Of a stretch of DNA of 64,000 nucleotides, positions 1 to 11,865 are shown piece after piece (the stretch's first letter is position 1; every line of letters begins with the position of its first letter). Under the pieces are notes generated by a model. The model was not told the DNA's origin, ran no database searches, and saw only the letters and a list, made by a program, of their open reading frames with translations. The stretch comes from Geosiphon pyriformis uo1. Its lineage: Eukaryota; Fungi; Glomeromycota. Position numbers and translations under genes: made by a program. The DNA is taken from the NCBI GenBank assembly GCA_016748015.1, contig JAAOMT010000480.1, positions 310,001-374,000 on the forward strand. Direction: 5' to 3'.

Positions 1-399
1 TAATCATTGATTATTTTTAATAGATATATATTAGTAATAAATTTTTTAACTGTAGAAAAACATAATTAAATATAAAAAATCAAAGAAATAAAATAACAAC
101 TATTAATTTGATTTTTCTCTTATTATTATTTTTTTCTCTATTTTTAAGTATTTGACTATTTTGGAATAAAAAATTACTTGTTAACAATTATCTACTCTTT
201 TCTGATTTGTATAATTATAATATTTAAAGATTATTAAATAAAACATAACTAAAAAAATACATTTAATATCTGATATTAAATTTTAAGAACATTATTATGA
301 ATTAATTTGATGAATTATGACAATAATATTTGGTGTTCTATATTTAAATAAAAGAGCTTAAAAAGTTTTTTTTGGTTTAATATAAAAAACAAATCGAAA

Positions 400-819
400 T
401 TATCAGTTTTTAAAAGTTTTTATATATGTAAATTTACTTATAAAATTTTTTAGTTATAAAGCACAAAAATGTGGTTTAACTGTTTGTAATTAAATATATA
501 TAAACTATTTTTTTTGAATTAATTAAATGCAATTGCTAGAGTCTGGTGTTGTTTTTTTATTTTTCTGGTAAACTAACAAGATAAAATTAATATCTAAATT
601 TAAGGAAAACTTCTCTTTTTTACCAGGCTATTATGATGTCTATTTTTAAACAATTGATTTTTTTAATATTACCACTTTATCAGAAAAAAAATAAAAAATT
701 AAGAAAAAAAAAGAAATAAAAAAAAGAAAAAAGAAAAAAAATTAGTATTATTAATTATTATGATTAAAAACAATTGGTTTAAATTATTAAAGTTTTGAAG
801 CTATTTATACTAAAAACAT
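400..819 (-). repeat. Old degenerate partial copy of LTR family A, cut at 819 by a younger LTR-A
   Basis: About 430-819 aligns with 950-1316 (e.g. taccaggctattatgatgtctattt vs taccaggctatcatgaagtctattc). It stops at ...tactaaaaacat where the intact LTR continues ...tgctaaaagcatctgtttt. Left edge approximate. Confidence 0.75.
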
Positions 820-1819
820 TGTTATGAGTAAACTTGATAAAGTAGAAAAATAGTAATGTTTAGTATTCTCAATTATCAGTAATGTGTGTTTTACATAATT
901 CTGTTGACTTAGTCTTGACTATTAGTCTCTGAAAGTCTTATTTACTAGTTGTGAATTTATCCATTAAATTTTTTGGTTATAAGGCACAGAGATTTGGTTT
1001 TTGTTGATTACAACTTCTTTAAAATGTGAACTATCTTCTCCAAGCTAATGAACATAGTCATTAGGGTCTGGCATTGTCTTTTTACTCTTTTGGTAAGCTA
1101 ACAAGATAATGTTAATATTCAAAACTTAGGGGAAGTTTCTCTCTTTTACCAGGCTATCATGAAGTCTATTCTCAGACAGTTAATTTTACTATGTTGCCAC
1201 TCCACCAAGAATAAAAAAAGAAAGAGAGAAAAGAAAGAATTAATATTATCAATTATTATAATCAAGAGCAGCTAGTCCAAATTATTAATAGTTTGAGGTG
1301 GTTATGCTAAAAGCATCTGTTTTGAAACAAAGATACAAAACAATAATTAATTCACATAAATTCTACAAAGTTTGAGAACATAAATTTGTGGTTCTGATTT
1401 CTCAATAATTAATTTATTTCAAAAAATGAATATGAAATAAAATAAATAATAGAAGAGGTAAGAATATTTGATTCTTGTCTAGTGGTTTATATTCCTCTTA
1501 TTCTTTTTTTAACTTCTACAACTATTCATTTTTATATATTCTTTTGGTTTTATAGAATTGTTTTTGATTGTTTTATTATTGCTAACTATTGTTTTGCTAT
1601 TTCTGTTATTGTTTTGTTTTTCTACATTGTTCTTAGTTATTCTATGTTATAATGTACTATCTGGTGTTATTACATGTTATTTTGTGTTATCCCATATTGT
1701 GTCATGTTATCCTGTATTATCCTAAGTTATAATACATTTATCTAATATTATTGTGTGCTATTTTGTGTTTTGGTCACATTTCTTCATAACTTTGGATTGG
1801 TTTTTCTGGTTAGGTAATA
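820..1819 (-). repeat. 3' LTR of element A
   Basis: Begins tgttatgagtaaacttg and ends ggttaggtaata; colinear with 10817-11865. Confidence 0.92.
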
Positions 1820-1838
1820 TTATCTCTCTTTTTTTAGA
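1820..1838 (-). promoter_or_regulatory. Polypurine tract of element A (decayed)
   Basis: Minus strand reads an A/G run (aaaaaaagagagataa) immediately before the 3' LTR. Confidence 0.65.
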
Positions 1839-1839
1839 A

Positions 1840-2640
1840 TTAAGCTCCTGTAAAATTATATGTATCTGTTATTATGGCTTTGTTCATGTAGTGTTTGATA
1901 GTTGCATTAAGTATTGTTCTTTATAGGTCTTCAAATTGTCAATTGGTTATTTATTCTATGTTTTTAACTGTTATAGTTTTTATAAATTTATACAACAGTA
2001 CATTTGGACAATATTGAAAAGCAGCATATAGTCAGTATATTGCTTTGTAATATAGGGTTAGGTTGCTTTTCCTTACAAATTTTTTTACTTGTTGTATTGC
2101 TTTTTTGTTAAAAATTTTCTGGTTGAAGTCTTCATATAGTGTTTTCAAATTTAGTTGTTTACCAATTTTGTAGAACCAATATGCTGGTGAAGGTCTTTTT
2201 TTCTATTTTTGGGCACTGTTTGGTGTCTATTCTTCTGTTTTGGGAAGATTGATCTCATGAGCTAAACCTTTTTTGATTTTTCCGAACTCAAAGATCAAGT
2301 ATTTTCTTTTATAAACTCCTTTTTTTCTCTGTTTTGCCCGAAAAAAATCTTTTTTCCAATTTTTTTTCTTGGGCATTAGGTAAGAGTAGAACTGTTTAGT
2401 TTTAGTTAAATTCTTGCCCTTCTCTTTCTTGCTTCTATTTTTATATCATATCTTTTTTCTATTAATTGTCACTTCTATTTGAGCAGAAAATTGTTGAATT
2501 GCATCAAATAATTGTTTTAAGAGTTGTAGAATTTGATCTGACAGGTCTATGTTAAAAGTTCTATTATTTTTTGTTGCTTTTTGAATATTATATATATTTG
2601 AATTTCTTAATTTAATTTACTACATGTTGTCTATAGTATA
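1840..2640 (-). pseudogene. Extra ORF (ORF3) between integrase and 3' LTR, unknown function, disrupted
   Basis: Long interrupted reading ending ...LYAAFQYCPNVLLYKFIKTITVKNI...QFEDL...YNFTGA* just before the PPT. Confidence 0.45.
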
Positions 2641-2749
2641 ATAATAATAATTGGTTCTAGATCTCATGATATATTTTCTGGTCTGATTAATGAAATTTGT
2701 ATTCTTAGTTGAGATACTAATAATAATAATTTTTGTTTTGCATGATAAA

Positions 2750-3950
2750 TTTTTAACCAATTTTTATGTACTACTTTCTTTAAAATCCTGTTTTCCAATT
2801 GTAATTTGTAAGCTTCATTGCCTAAAACTTTGTGTATATAAAATGAACTGTCTCACTTTGGGTTGAACTTTTCACTTTACTATTTCTCAGTTTTTGTACA
2901 ATATAATAGTACTTGGTCTCTAATCTTAAATTTCATTGGTTGTTTAGGTAAGCATTTATCATGTCTTTTTTTTTGTTGTTTCTGAGTATTACTAATGTTG
3001 TCAGCTGCTGTTCTATAATTATTTTCTAATATTTTCATAAGCTAATATGTTCTATAGTGTAAGATTACTCTGAAATTTTCTTCAGTGATAGCTTCTATTA
3101 AGTATGACTGTATTTTTTTTTTAATAGATAAAGTGGCTTTTTTTCTATAAGCTAATTTGAATAATATAAACCAAGTCATATTTTGTTTTAATGTTTGGTA
3201 TGCAAAGAATACAGAAGGTATGAATAAGTTCCATTTTTGTTTGTTTTTATGACTTATTTTTGCTAATGCTTTACAAGTGTTTGGTTAAATTGTTCTACCA
3301 GTCCATTTGTTTATGGGTGATATAGTAATAATAAAGAACATTTTATTTCAAACTGTTGACTTAATTTGGTTAACGTATTATTAACAAAATGTATTTTTTG
3401 ATTGAATAGTAGTTTTTTTAGGCATTCATGTTTGCAAATCAGATTTTGGTGTATGAACTCAACTATTGTTTTAGCATCTGCTATTTAGATGGCTTTGGCT
3501 TCTGGCTATTTTGTCAAGTAGTCTATAGCTACAGCAATATAATAATTTCTTTTGAATGTTATGGAGAGAAAACCAAACAAATCAATCCTAATTCTATCAA
3601 ATGGATTTCCAACTGGAATAGATCAAAGTGATTCCATTGTTCTGGCTCCTCTTCTTTGCTGACATAAGTTACAATTGAGCATGTATTCAAAAATATCTTT
3701 GTATATTATTGGCCAATAATATAAATTTAAGGTTCTTTTAAAAGTAGTATCTTTGTTAAAATGTTCTGTGATTGGATTAGAATACATATTATGTAATATA
3801 GTTTTTTTTTTATTGTTTTTGATAACTTATTTTAGGGTGGAGCAGTTTTAGCATTCTTGTCAATATAGTTGATTGTCTTGAATAAAATAATTTTGGGCTT
3901 GTTTTTATATAGTACTTTGTTTTTGTTGAGATAATATTTTCTTGAAATAT
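2750..3950 (-). pseudogene. Gypsy integrase (zinc-binding region, core, C-terminal), disrupted
   Basis: PVGNPFDRIRIDLFG, YIAVAIDYLTK*PEAKAI, YHP*TNGLVEQFNQTL and FKIRDQVLLY motifs. Confidence 0.88.
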
Positions 3951-4049
3951 AGTGTTGATAGATATTGATATAATCAGTAGTAATTAGTTGTATTCATGGG
4001 TCTGAGATTAGGTTTGTGGTATCCTTGACAAACTGTTAGCATTGGTGTT

Positions 4050-5417
4050 TTTGGATTCTTCCTTGTAATAAACTTTGAGTAAGAATTGTTGTAGATAAAT
4101 ACTCTATCTTGCATATTTTCCCTCTAATTGTGGATTGTTAAGTAACCAAACAAGTCCTTTATAATCAGTATATAGGTCAAAAGACAAACTAAGATAGTGT
4201 TTCTATGTCTGTATGGCTCAATAAATGGTGAGACATTTCAAATCTGTTGTGCTGTAATTTTTTTCTGTTGAGCTAGTGCTGCGACTAATGTAGACAATTG
4301 AATGTTCTTTATTGTCCAGTTCTATTTGTAATAAGACTGCTCTTAGAGCATTTTTTGAGGTGTCTATAGCAACAATAAACTATTTAATGAAATTTGGGTA
4401 AATTAAAATTAAAGATGTAATCAATCGCTGCTTGAGATAATCAAATGTTTTTTGTTGGTCTTTTTTTCATAAGTACTGTATGTGTTTGGACAACAAATAG
4501 TAAAATAGTTTTGTGATAGTTGAGAATTCTTTGACGAATTGTTAATAGTATTTTGCCAATTTTAAAAATTCTCATAATTTTCTGAGGTTAATTGGAGCTA
4601 GAAAATTTTTGACTTTTTGGATCTTGTTTGGGTCAAATTTAACTCTGTTTTTGCTGATTACATGTCCTAGAAATTTCAACTTGGTCTTTCCAAAAAAGCA
4701 TTTATTGGGGTTGAGTTTCAATCTAGTATTATGAAGATATTTGAAAACTTGCTGAAAATAGAACAAGTAATCATTAAATGTTTTTGAGAAAACATTGGTG
4801 TTGTTAAGATATACTACAACTGATTTTCACAAGATTTTTTTGTACATAACATACATAGAATGCTGAAGTATTACAGAGTCCAAAAGGCATTATGTTAAAC
4901 TCGAAGTTTTTATCTTGGGTGGTAAATGTCATTTTTTTTTTGTCTTTGAAGTCTATTTCAATCTGCCAATATCTACTGGCTATATTTAATAATAAGAATT
5001 ATTTTTTGTTTCTTAAATTGTCCAGAATTTCTTAAATGAGAGGTGTGGAATAATTATCTTTTCAGGTAATGTTGTTTAGCTTTCAGTAGTCTATCCAGAA
5101 TCTTATTTTCCCATTTTTTTTGGTGACCAGTACCACTGGAGAGAACCAAGGGCTTAGTGAATCTTTAATCAAGCCATTGTTAAGCATTTGTTGTATTTTT
5201 TGCTTAATAAGATTATCACCAGATAGGAGCACTTGGTAAGTCTGCTGTTTAATAGGTCATGTATCTTTTGTATTAATCTGATGCTTCACAATGTCAGTGT
5301 ATCCGAACTCATTTTTACTGACAAAAACATTGGCATATTGATTCAAAAAAACCTTAAATTGCATTTGTTGAAAAGTATTCAGGTTTTTTAAGTGTAATTT
5401 GTCAATTTTTTTGGTGT
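4050..5417 (-). pseudogene. Gypsy reverse transcriptase plus RNase H, disrupted
   Basis: SPWFSPVVLV, GYWQI, FNIMPFGLCN, YLNN (decayed YLDD), LNPNKCFFGKTKLKFLGHVIS; RNase H AIDTSKNALRAVL and LYTDYKGL. Confidence 0.9.
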
Positions 5418-6400
5418 TGTTACCAGACAAAATTAGAGATATTGTTTAGCATGAAATTACCCTTATAAATCTTATCATTAATTAGCATATATTATTGTTT
5501 CAAATTATCACTTATTACATTAGCAAAATATATCCGAAATTATCATTTAATTAATAACCCAATTTGTACATAACACAAATGTAACCTAATTGTAATGATC
5601 AATCATACAATACTCCAAACTATGTAACATTCAAAAAGTTCACCAAAATTTGTAAGAAATTTGCCAAAATAATTGATAGTTTGCCGAAATATCTAATAGT
5701 TTGCAGAAATAACATGTAGTTTGCTGAAATGTATCTTTAGTTTAGCAAAATTATAGAAAATAGCAAAGTTCAAGTTCATAGAATAGTGTTACGACAAGTT
5801 GTATAAAAAAAGAGCTTTTTTTTTTGAGAAAATATATCTTACTTTAGATTTATCTCTTAAAACCATTCCTACACACACAAAAAAAAATAAATATCAAATA
5901 ATTCAAAAAACCAAATTTTTTAATTATTGTACTTGGAAAATTCCCAAAATCCAACTAACATTTCAAAATTGATTAGCTACCAATTTCAGTAAACTGTTAG
6001 TGATTTCAGGCCTGAATAGAAAATGTTTCCCTCAACAGAATTCTATTTCTTTTACATTTCTTTTATTTTTCTTTTATTTTCTGATTACAATCATTAGAGT
6101 AGCCTATAGATGAGATTTCTGTAGAAGAGTTAATTTTTACAGCAAAGTAACTACACATTTTTAGTAAGCTTCCAGACAAGTAATTCCTGAGAAAGAGTTG
6201 ACGTTTACTACAACGTAACTACATAAAGTAACTGACAAAGAATTGGTTATTCCACTTATAAGCCCAGCAGTTCAAATTATAGGAGATAATTTAAAGATAA
6301 ATTCAGTTACTGGAGATTCAACCACATCCAGAAAACGTGAATTCACAGCAAACAGGCATCAACAACATTTAAGAAAAGAGACCAAAAACCTTCGGTAACA
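5418..6400 (+). mobile_element. Solo LTR (family B) inserted into pol of element A
   Basis: Perfect terminal inverted repeat tgttacc...ggtaaca. 4-bp TSD GTGT at 5414-5417 and 6401-6404. Colinear with 14188-15162. Removing it rejoins the pol sequence (YLFT|PKKIDKLH). Confidence 0.95.
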
Positions 6401-6809
6401 GTGTGAACAGATAACTTTCTTTTGGCAAGTTTTATACTTGTGAAGTAATATCACAAAAAAAAATAGCTGTGTGAAATCTGGAATAGACTGGAGTTTTTTG
6501 AGATGTTGAATGTCTGATGCGATGAAACCAACAAAGGTCTTTTCAAAGATTTCAATGACATTTTTTGTAAGGTTGTGGATGGGGATTTTGAAGTGTTTAT
6601 GAACTTTAACCAATAAGTATAGGTTAGCAATATTGGCTAGAGAACAGATTTCAGAATCAACTTCAAATAACAGAACTTGATCTTGGATCTTTTGATTTAT
6701 TTTGAGAATGTATTGTTAGTATAGAAGAATGAAGATGACTGTATTAGTGTAGATAAAGTTCTACTTGGTCACTGTTTTTTTCTATAAAGTTGACTGGTAC
6801 ATTTTCTTT

Positions 6810-7200
6810 TCTACTTGATCCAAACCCATTGATTCCTTAGGCAGTGGGGCCTAATTCTTCTCAGGTTGTTACTAAAATTAATTGGGATATTTTGACTAAG
6901 AGTAGGAAAATAGCTTGTACAACTTTTTTTTGTGATTCTACTTTATAAGATTTGTTCAAATTGTTTTATAACATCACAATGATGTTTCTCATATAACTGG
7001 CATTAATGATTCCTTTTTTTATGTTGATTTTTTTTTTGGCTATATTAGATTAAAAGACAACTTGTATTATTGTATTAACAGGAATTTCTAATGCTATCTT
7101 AAGATCTATTGTTACAAAAGAATATAGGACTATAACTATGGGTAATTGTTTAGAGTATTATAGGTCAAAACCAGCATTAGTGTTATGTGCTCTTTTGGAG
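6810..7200 (-). pseudogene. Trimeric dUTPase domain inside Gypsy pol, disrupted
   Basis: All five motifs in order: RAHNTNAGFDL; *SNIAKK (from RSSLAKK); GIINASYM (from GIIDAGY); VVQAIFL; TA*GINGFGSS. Confidence 0.85.
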
Positions 7201-8249
7201 CAGATTTTTTTCTCATTGTTATTGTACTATTTTAATTCTAATTCTTTGGAGAGATCTGAATAAGCAAGATACTATTCTGTTTTAGTATCCTTAGTTGGAT
7301 CTTAAAACAACATGTTTTCGGTAATTAATTTTTCTTTTACCTCAGACTCAGATAGTTTGGTGATTGGATATAGTTTTCTTAAAAATGGGTTGAACATGAA
7401 ATCATATTTGTCACAGTACTAAAAGTGACAAGAAATCAAACAATAATCACACAGTTTTGTGTTTAAGTCAGCTAACTGCTGTTTTTGTTTTTTTCAGATT
7501 AGGGCTAATTCCTGATATCAATCTTGAAATGCATTCAGATTATCCATGAAAAAATCTTCTGTAATATAATCAGATCTCTCATATCCTGGTGTAAACAAAT
7601 TTTCTTTGATTTTTTGTATTTCACTAAGTGTGACATCTTTGGCTTTGGCACTTGCCATTTTCCATATTTTGTGTTTATTGTGTAGGTAACCATCCAATTT
7701 ACTGAGTGTTCATCTTTAGGTGTTCTCAATCAGAGTTCTTTTTTGTATCCAATCATTAATTAAGATAGTATATTAATATGCTTTGTTGCATGTTCCTCCT
7801 CTGCCAGGAACATTGTTCTATAATCTTTCATTTAGCAGAATCTTGCCACAGACAAGACATGGTGTATTATCTTATTTACTTTGTTGTTTTGGTCTGCCAA
7901 ATCTTTCCAACACACAAGATCTGCAGTAATGTTTAGTAGCAGTTGGCCATTCTTTGTCATCTCCAATACATGTGCCCATAGAAGATAACTTTTTCTCACA
8001 GTTGACACAAATTAATTTTGGGGTTTGATACCATTGACTTCCTTGACTTGAGGTGGGATAGTTTACAAATGCTAATTGTAGTTTTTTTTCTGCTTTTTCC
8101 TTTTTTTCCAAGTTGGTGGTGAGGGTAACTCTGCTTGGTAATTGTCAGCCCAAGAAACTTAATAGGTCTCTATTGTTGGTGGTGGTATTAAGTCTTCAAA
8201 TTCAATCAGCAGTTTTTCTGAACTTTAAGCTTTGAAGTATTTATATATA

Positions 8250-8620
8250 GCTAGAACTTGTGCATGTTGTTTATTAAAAGTGATCTGTAGTTTTTGCATA
8301 TTCTAGTTGATAGTAGCATTAACTTTGGCTAATCAATTATTTCCTATAAGAGCTTGATATTGGGTGGTCTTTATAATAAGCACTTTGGTGGAGATTTGAA
8401 TTTTGTTAATTTTGAAAAGAAAGTTGTTAATTTTTTCTATTGGGGTTTTAGTATTTCTGTTTACAGTTATAATTTGGGTAGTAGCTGTATGGTCTACTTG
8501 GTAACTTAGTTAATTTATAAGTTGCTTCATGATTATACTACCTGCTGATCCACTATTAAGAATTAATTTGATGTCCATGTTTCCAATTCTAGTTTTAGTA
8601 TATAGGGCAGTTATTGATAT
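8250..8620 (-). pseudogene. Retropepsin aspartic protease of element A, disrupted
   Basis: IKLILNSGSAGSII (DSGS decayed to NSGS), flap region IITVNRNTKTPI, YQALIGNN*L. Confidence 0.8.
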
Positions 8621-9349
8621 ATTCTAATTAATGGTGGCTCTACTGAAAAGACTAGTGGTGTTCAGATGGTCAATGTCAAAGGGAAAAATAGTGGCAAGGG
8701 TGGTGTTTTCAGTAATAGTGGCAGATAAAATGGTTTTGTTGGTTTGATTTTGACTTGAAAAGTTGGGTATTTCTCTTATATTCTTCCCTTCTAAAGATAT
8801 AGAGCTAAAAAAATCCTGGTTTTTAGTGAGATCAAAATATGAGGCTTGATTCAGGTATTTATTTGGTGCTGGTTGGAATGGGAAGTTGGCTTAATTTGTT
8901 GTTTAAGGAGATCTGCTACTAAGTTGTATTTAATTTCCATTAGGGTTTTGTTATTCTTGATTGTAGTCAATTACATGTGGTCTAGACTGGTTATAAACTG
9001 GGTTTTGGTACTGAGGAGATGCTTGAGTTACTGGTGGTGGCAGATAGTAATTTTAAAACATTTGTGGTGAGTATTGGGATAGCTGATACTGAAGTGTAGA
9101 GTATTGAGATCCTATGGCCTGAAAATATCTTGGTTGTTGGGAATATTAATTTTCTTGATTCTGGTCCACTAGTTTTTTTTGGCAGTTCTGGACAATATGT
9201 CTTAGCTTCTGACAATAATAACAATTGTGAGGATCTGATTTTTAAGATTGCTGCTGTTGTTGACAATTTTGTTGCTAATATTTGTTGTTGTGATTGGTTT
9301 CTCTTTATTATAGTGGTTGGTAAGTTTCTGTTATACTGGTTAAAAATTT

Positions 9350-10755
9350 CTCAATTTTCTGAATTAATTTCTTATTTAATTAGGTTATCTTTGCATTAAT
9401 GTTAAAGATTCCATTAATGATTAGGTTAATGACTTGGGTATGATTAGCTTCTTGCTCAGCTGACTTGAAATTGCATGCAAAAGTAACAGCATTCTATAGA
9501 TTAATCAGATATCAAAGTTTTACAGATCTTAAGAGGCTGTTTCTTAGTTTTTAATGAATTAATTAAGAACTTGTGCCATAATGTAGTAGTCCCTTTCAAT
9601 TACCAGTATTTGACAAAGAATTTGGTTGAATTATCCAAGCTAAGTAGTCATTGCTTCATGATCTTTTTGTTTTATTATACTGAATTGATTTTGTAATCTG
9701 ATAAGAGTATTGAAGTTGCAAAAGTATCATAGAAAGACAAATTTAAAGGTAGTAAAGTCAGTGGATTTTTCTGTTAGGCTTTAATATCATAAGTTTGTGG
9801 TTCTGGTCAAAAAAAATGGCAGTACTTGAATAGCTCTGTTATCATCCCAGTTGTTGGCAGTAATTGCTTTCTCGGCTTCCACAATTTACAAGTATGCATT
9901 GTCTTTTTTCCCTGAGAATTTTTCTAATTTGGCAATATCTTAATAGACCATAATTTGGTAGATAGGTGGAGTTTTACTGGTTGATGCTGAGGGGTTTGGT
10001 GTTTGCATGCTAAGGTGTTCTCTTGGTGCTAATTTTGGTTGTTTCCCTTTGTTAATTTTCCCAATGGACTGGAGGATAACTGTTTTTTTAGAGAGAGTAG
10101 TTAATAATTTGGTCAAGGGTTGAGTTGGTGGTGGTTTCTACATTGACATATTTCTGTCTGTTTTATTAATTGTTGGGATGAGGTTTCCAAATAATGATCT
10201 GTATTCTCCTAGAAATCTGGTCCAACTGTTGTAATTTCATAAGTGTTAATTTTTCAGAGTTCATAATGTTTATGTCTGGATTTCTGTGGTTAAGTTAAAT
10301 ACAATTCTACTTTCTGGTATTTAATGGTACAATAAAGTTGTTAGGGAGAAAAACCTTGGTTTTTTGTTGATCATAGACTTGGCTTGGACAGTTGTGGATT
10401 TATTGAATCCATACTTATATTTCTTAGAGTTGAATTCCACTGGTTGTAATACTTGAGAGAATTGTTTTGTTACATAATATTTAATGTCTGTATCAATTAT
10501 GCATAGAGTTTCAGCAATTGCTTGAGTAGTTGTGGTTGTTAAGTACTTTAATAAGCTTTGATAGATTTGTTCTCCAAGTCTTCCTGTATTGGTTGCATGG
10601 CCTAATAAGCAGTCAATTTTTGTATTAATATAGTTACAAAAATTGCTTTCTGCATAAGTGGTTTCTTCTGGCATTTTTAAGTCTTCCCAAAAATTTTGAA
10701 ATAATGCTCTTTTATATGAAGAATGGTTTTTTTCTATTGTTCTAATAGTTGCCAT
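9350..10755 (-). pseudogene. gag of element A, disrupted
   Basis: ORF 10321-10755 starts ~60 nt after the 5' LTR. Capsid-like segment KAITANNWDDNRAIQVLPFFL...LIRLQNQFSIIKQKDHEAMTTYLG. Confidence 0.75.
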
Positions 10756-10796
10756 TTTTGGGAATCTCTGAAGTGCTCTGTCTCTGTGAATTTATA

Positions 10797-10814
10797 ATCT
10801 TACAGAGAGCACTA
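10797..10814 (-). promoter_or_regulatory. Primer-binding site (decayed), possibly elongator tRNA-Met
   Basis: 2 nt after the 5' LTR: tagtgctctctgtaagat, consistent with TGGTGCTCTCTGTGAG after G>A decay. The tRNA identity is inferred. Confidence 0.55.
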
Positions 10815-10816
10815 AA

Positions 10817-11865
10817 TGTTATGGATAAACTTAATGGAGTAGAAAAATAGTAATGTTTAGTGCTCTCAATTATTAGTAATACATGTTTTGCATAATTCTG
10901 TTAACTTAGTCTTAATTATCAGTCTCTAAAGATCTTATTTACTGGTTGTGAATTTACCTGTTAAGTTTTTTAGTTTTAAGGCACAGAGGTTTGGTTTTTG
11001 CTAATTGCAACTTCTTTAAAAATATAAGCTATCTTCTCTAAGCTAATAAACACAGTCATTAGGGTTTGGCATTGTTTTTTTGCTCTTCTAGTAGTTAACA
11101 AGATAATGTTAATATCCAAAACTTAGGAGGAGCTTTTCTCTTTTACCAGACTATCACAAAGTCTATTCTCAGACAGTTGATTTTACTATGTTGTCATTCT
11201 ACAAGAGAAAATAAAGAAAAAAAATAAAAAAAAATAAAAAAAAATAAAATAAAAAAAAATAAAAAAAATGAATTAGTATTGTCAATCATCATAATTAAAA
11301 GTGACTGGTCTAAATTGTTAATAGTTTGAGATAGTTATACTAAGAGCATCTGTTCTGGAACAAAGATATGAAATAATAGTTTAATTCATATAAATTCCAC
11401 AAAGTTTAAGAACATGAATTTGTGATTCTGATTTCTCAATAATTGATTTATTTCAGAAGATAAATATGGAATAAAATAAATAATAAAAGAGGTAAGAATA
11501 TTTGATTCTTGTTTAGTGGTTTATATTTCTCTTATCTCTTTTTTTCTAATTTCTATAACTACTTATTTTTATATATTTTTTTGGTTTTATAGAATTGCTT
11601 TTGATTGTTTTGTTATTACTAACTATTGCTTTGCTATTTCTGTTATTGCTTTGTTTTTTTATGTTATTCCTAGTTATTCTATGTTATAATGTGTTATCTG
11701 GTATTATTACATGTTATTCTGTATTATCCCACATTGTGCCACATTATTCTGTATTATCCTAAGTTATAATGTGTTATCCAACATTATTGTGTATTATTCT
11801 GTGTTATGTCATGTTTTGGTCATGTTTTTTTATAACTTTGGATTGGTTTTTCTATTCGGATAACA
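10817..11865 (-). repeat. 5' LTR of element A
   Basis: tgttatgg...ggataaca termini; colinear with 820-1819. Confidence 0.92.

Larger units (their letters stand above)
820..11865 (-). mobile_element. Ty3/Gypsy LTR retrotransposon (family A), decayed: LTR-gag-PR-Cys-rich-dUTPase-RT-RNaseH-IN-ORF3-LTR
   Basis: Two ~1 kb direct repeats (820-1819, 10817-11865) with TGTTA...TAACA/TAATA ends. Minus-strand remnants of gag, protease, RT, RNase H and integrase in Gypsy order. Many stops and frameshifts. Confidence 0.93.

Noticed and set aside
1622-1770. CRISPR-like repeat/spacer array
   Set aside because: Units are only 10 bp, lie inside an LTR present in three copies, and there are no cas genes in this eukaryotic context.
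1840-2640. Retroviral env gene
   Set aside because: No signal peptide, furin site or transmembrane anchor was discernible.
11205-11270. A-rich microsatellite as an independent feature
   Set aside because: Slippage expansion of a purine tract present in all LTR-A copies (685-740, 1210-1240).
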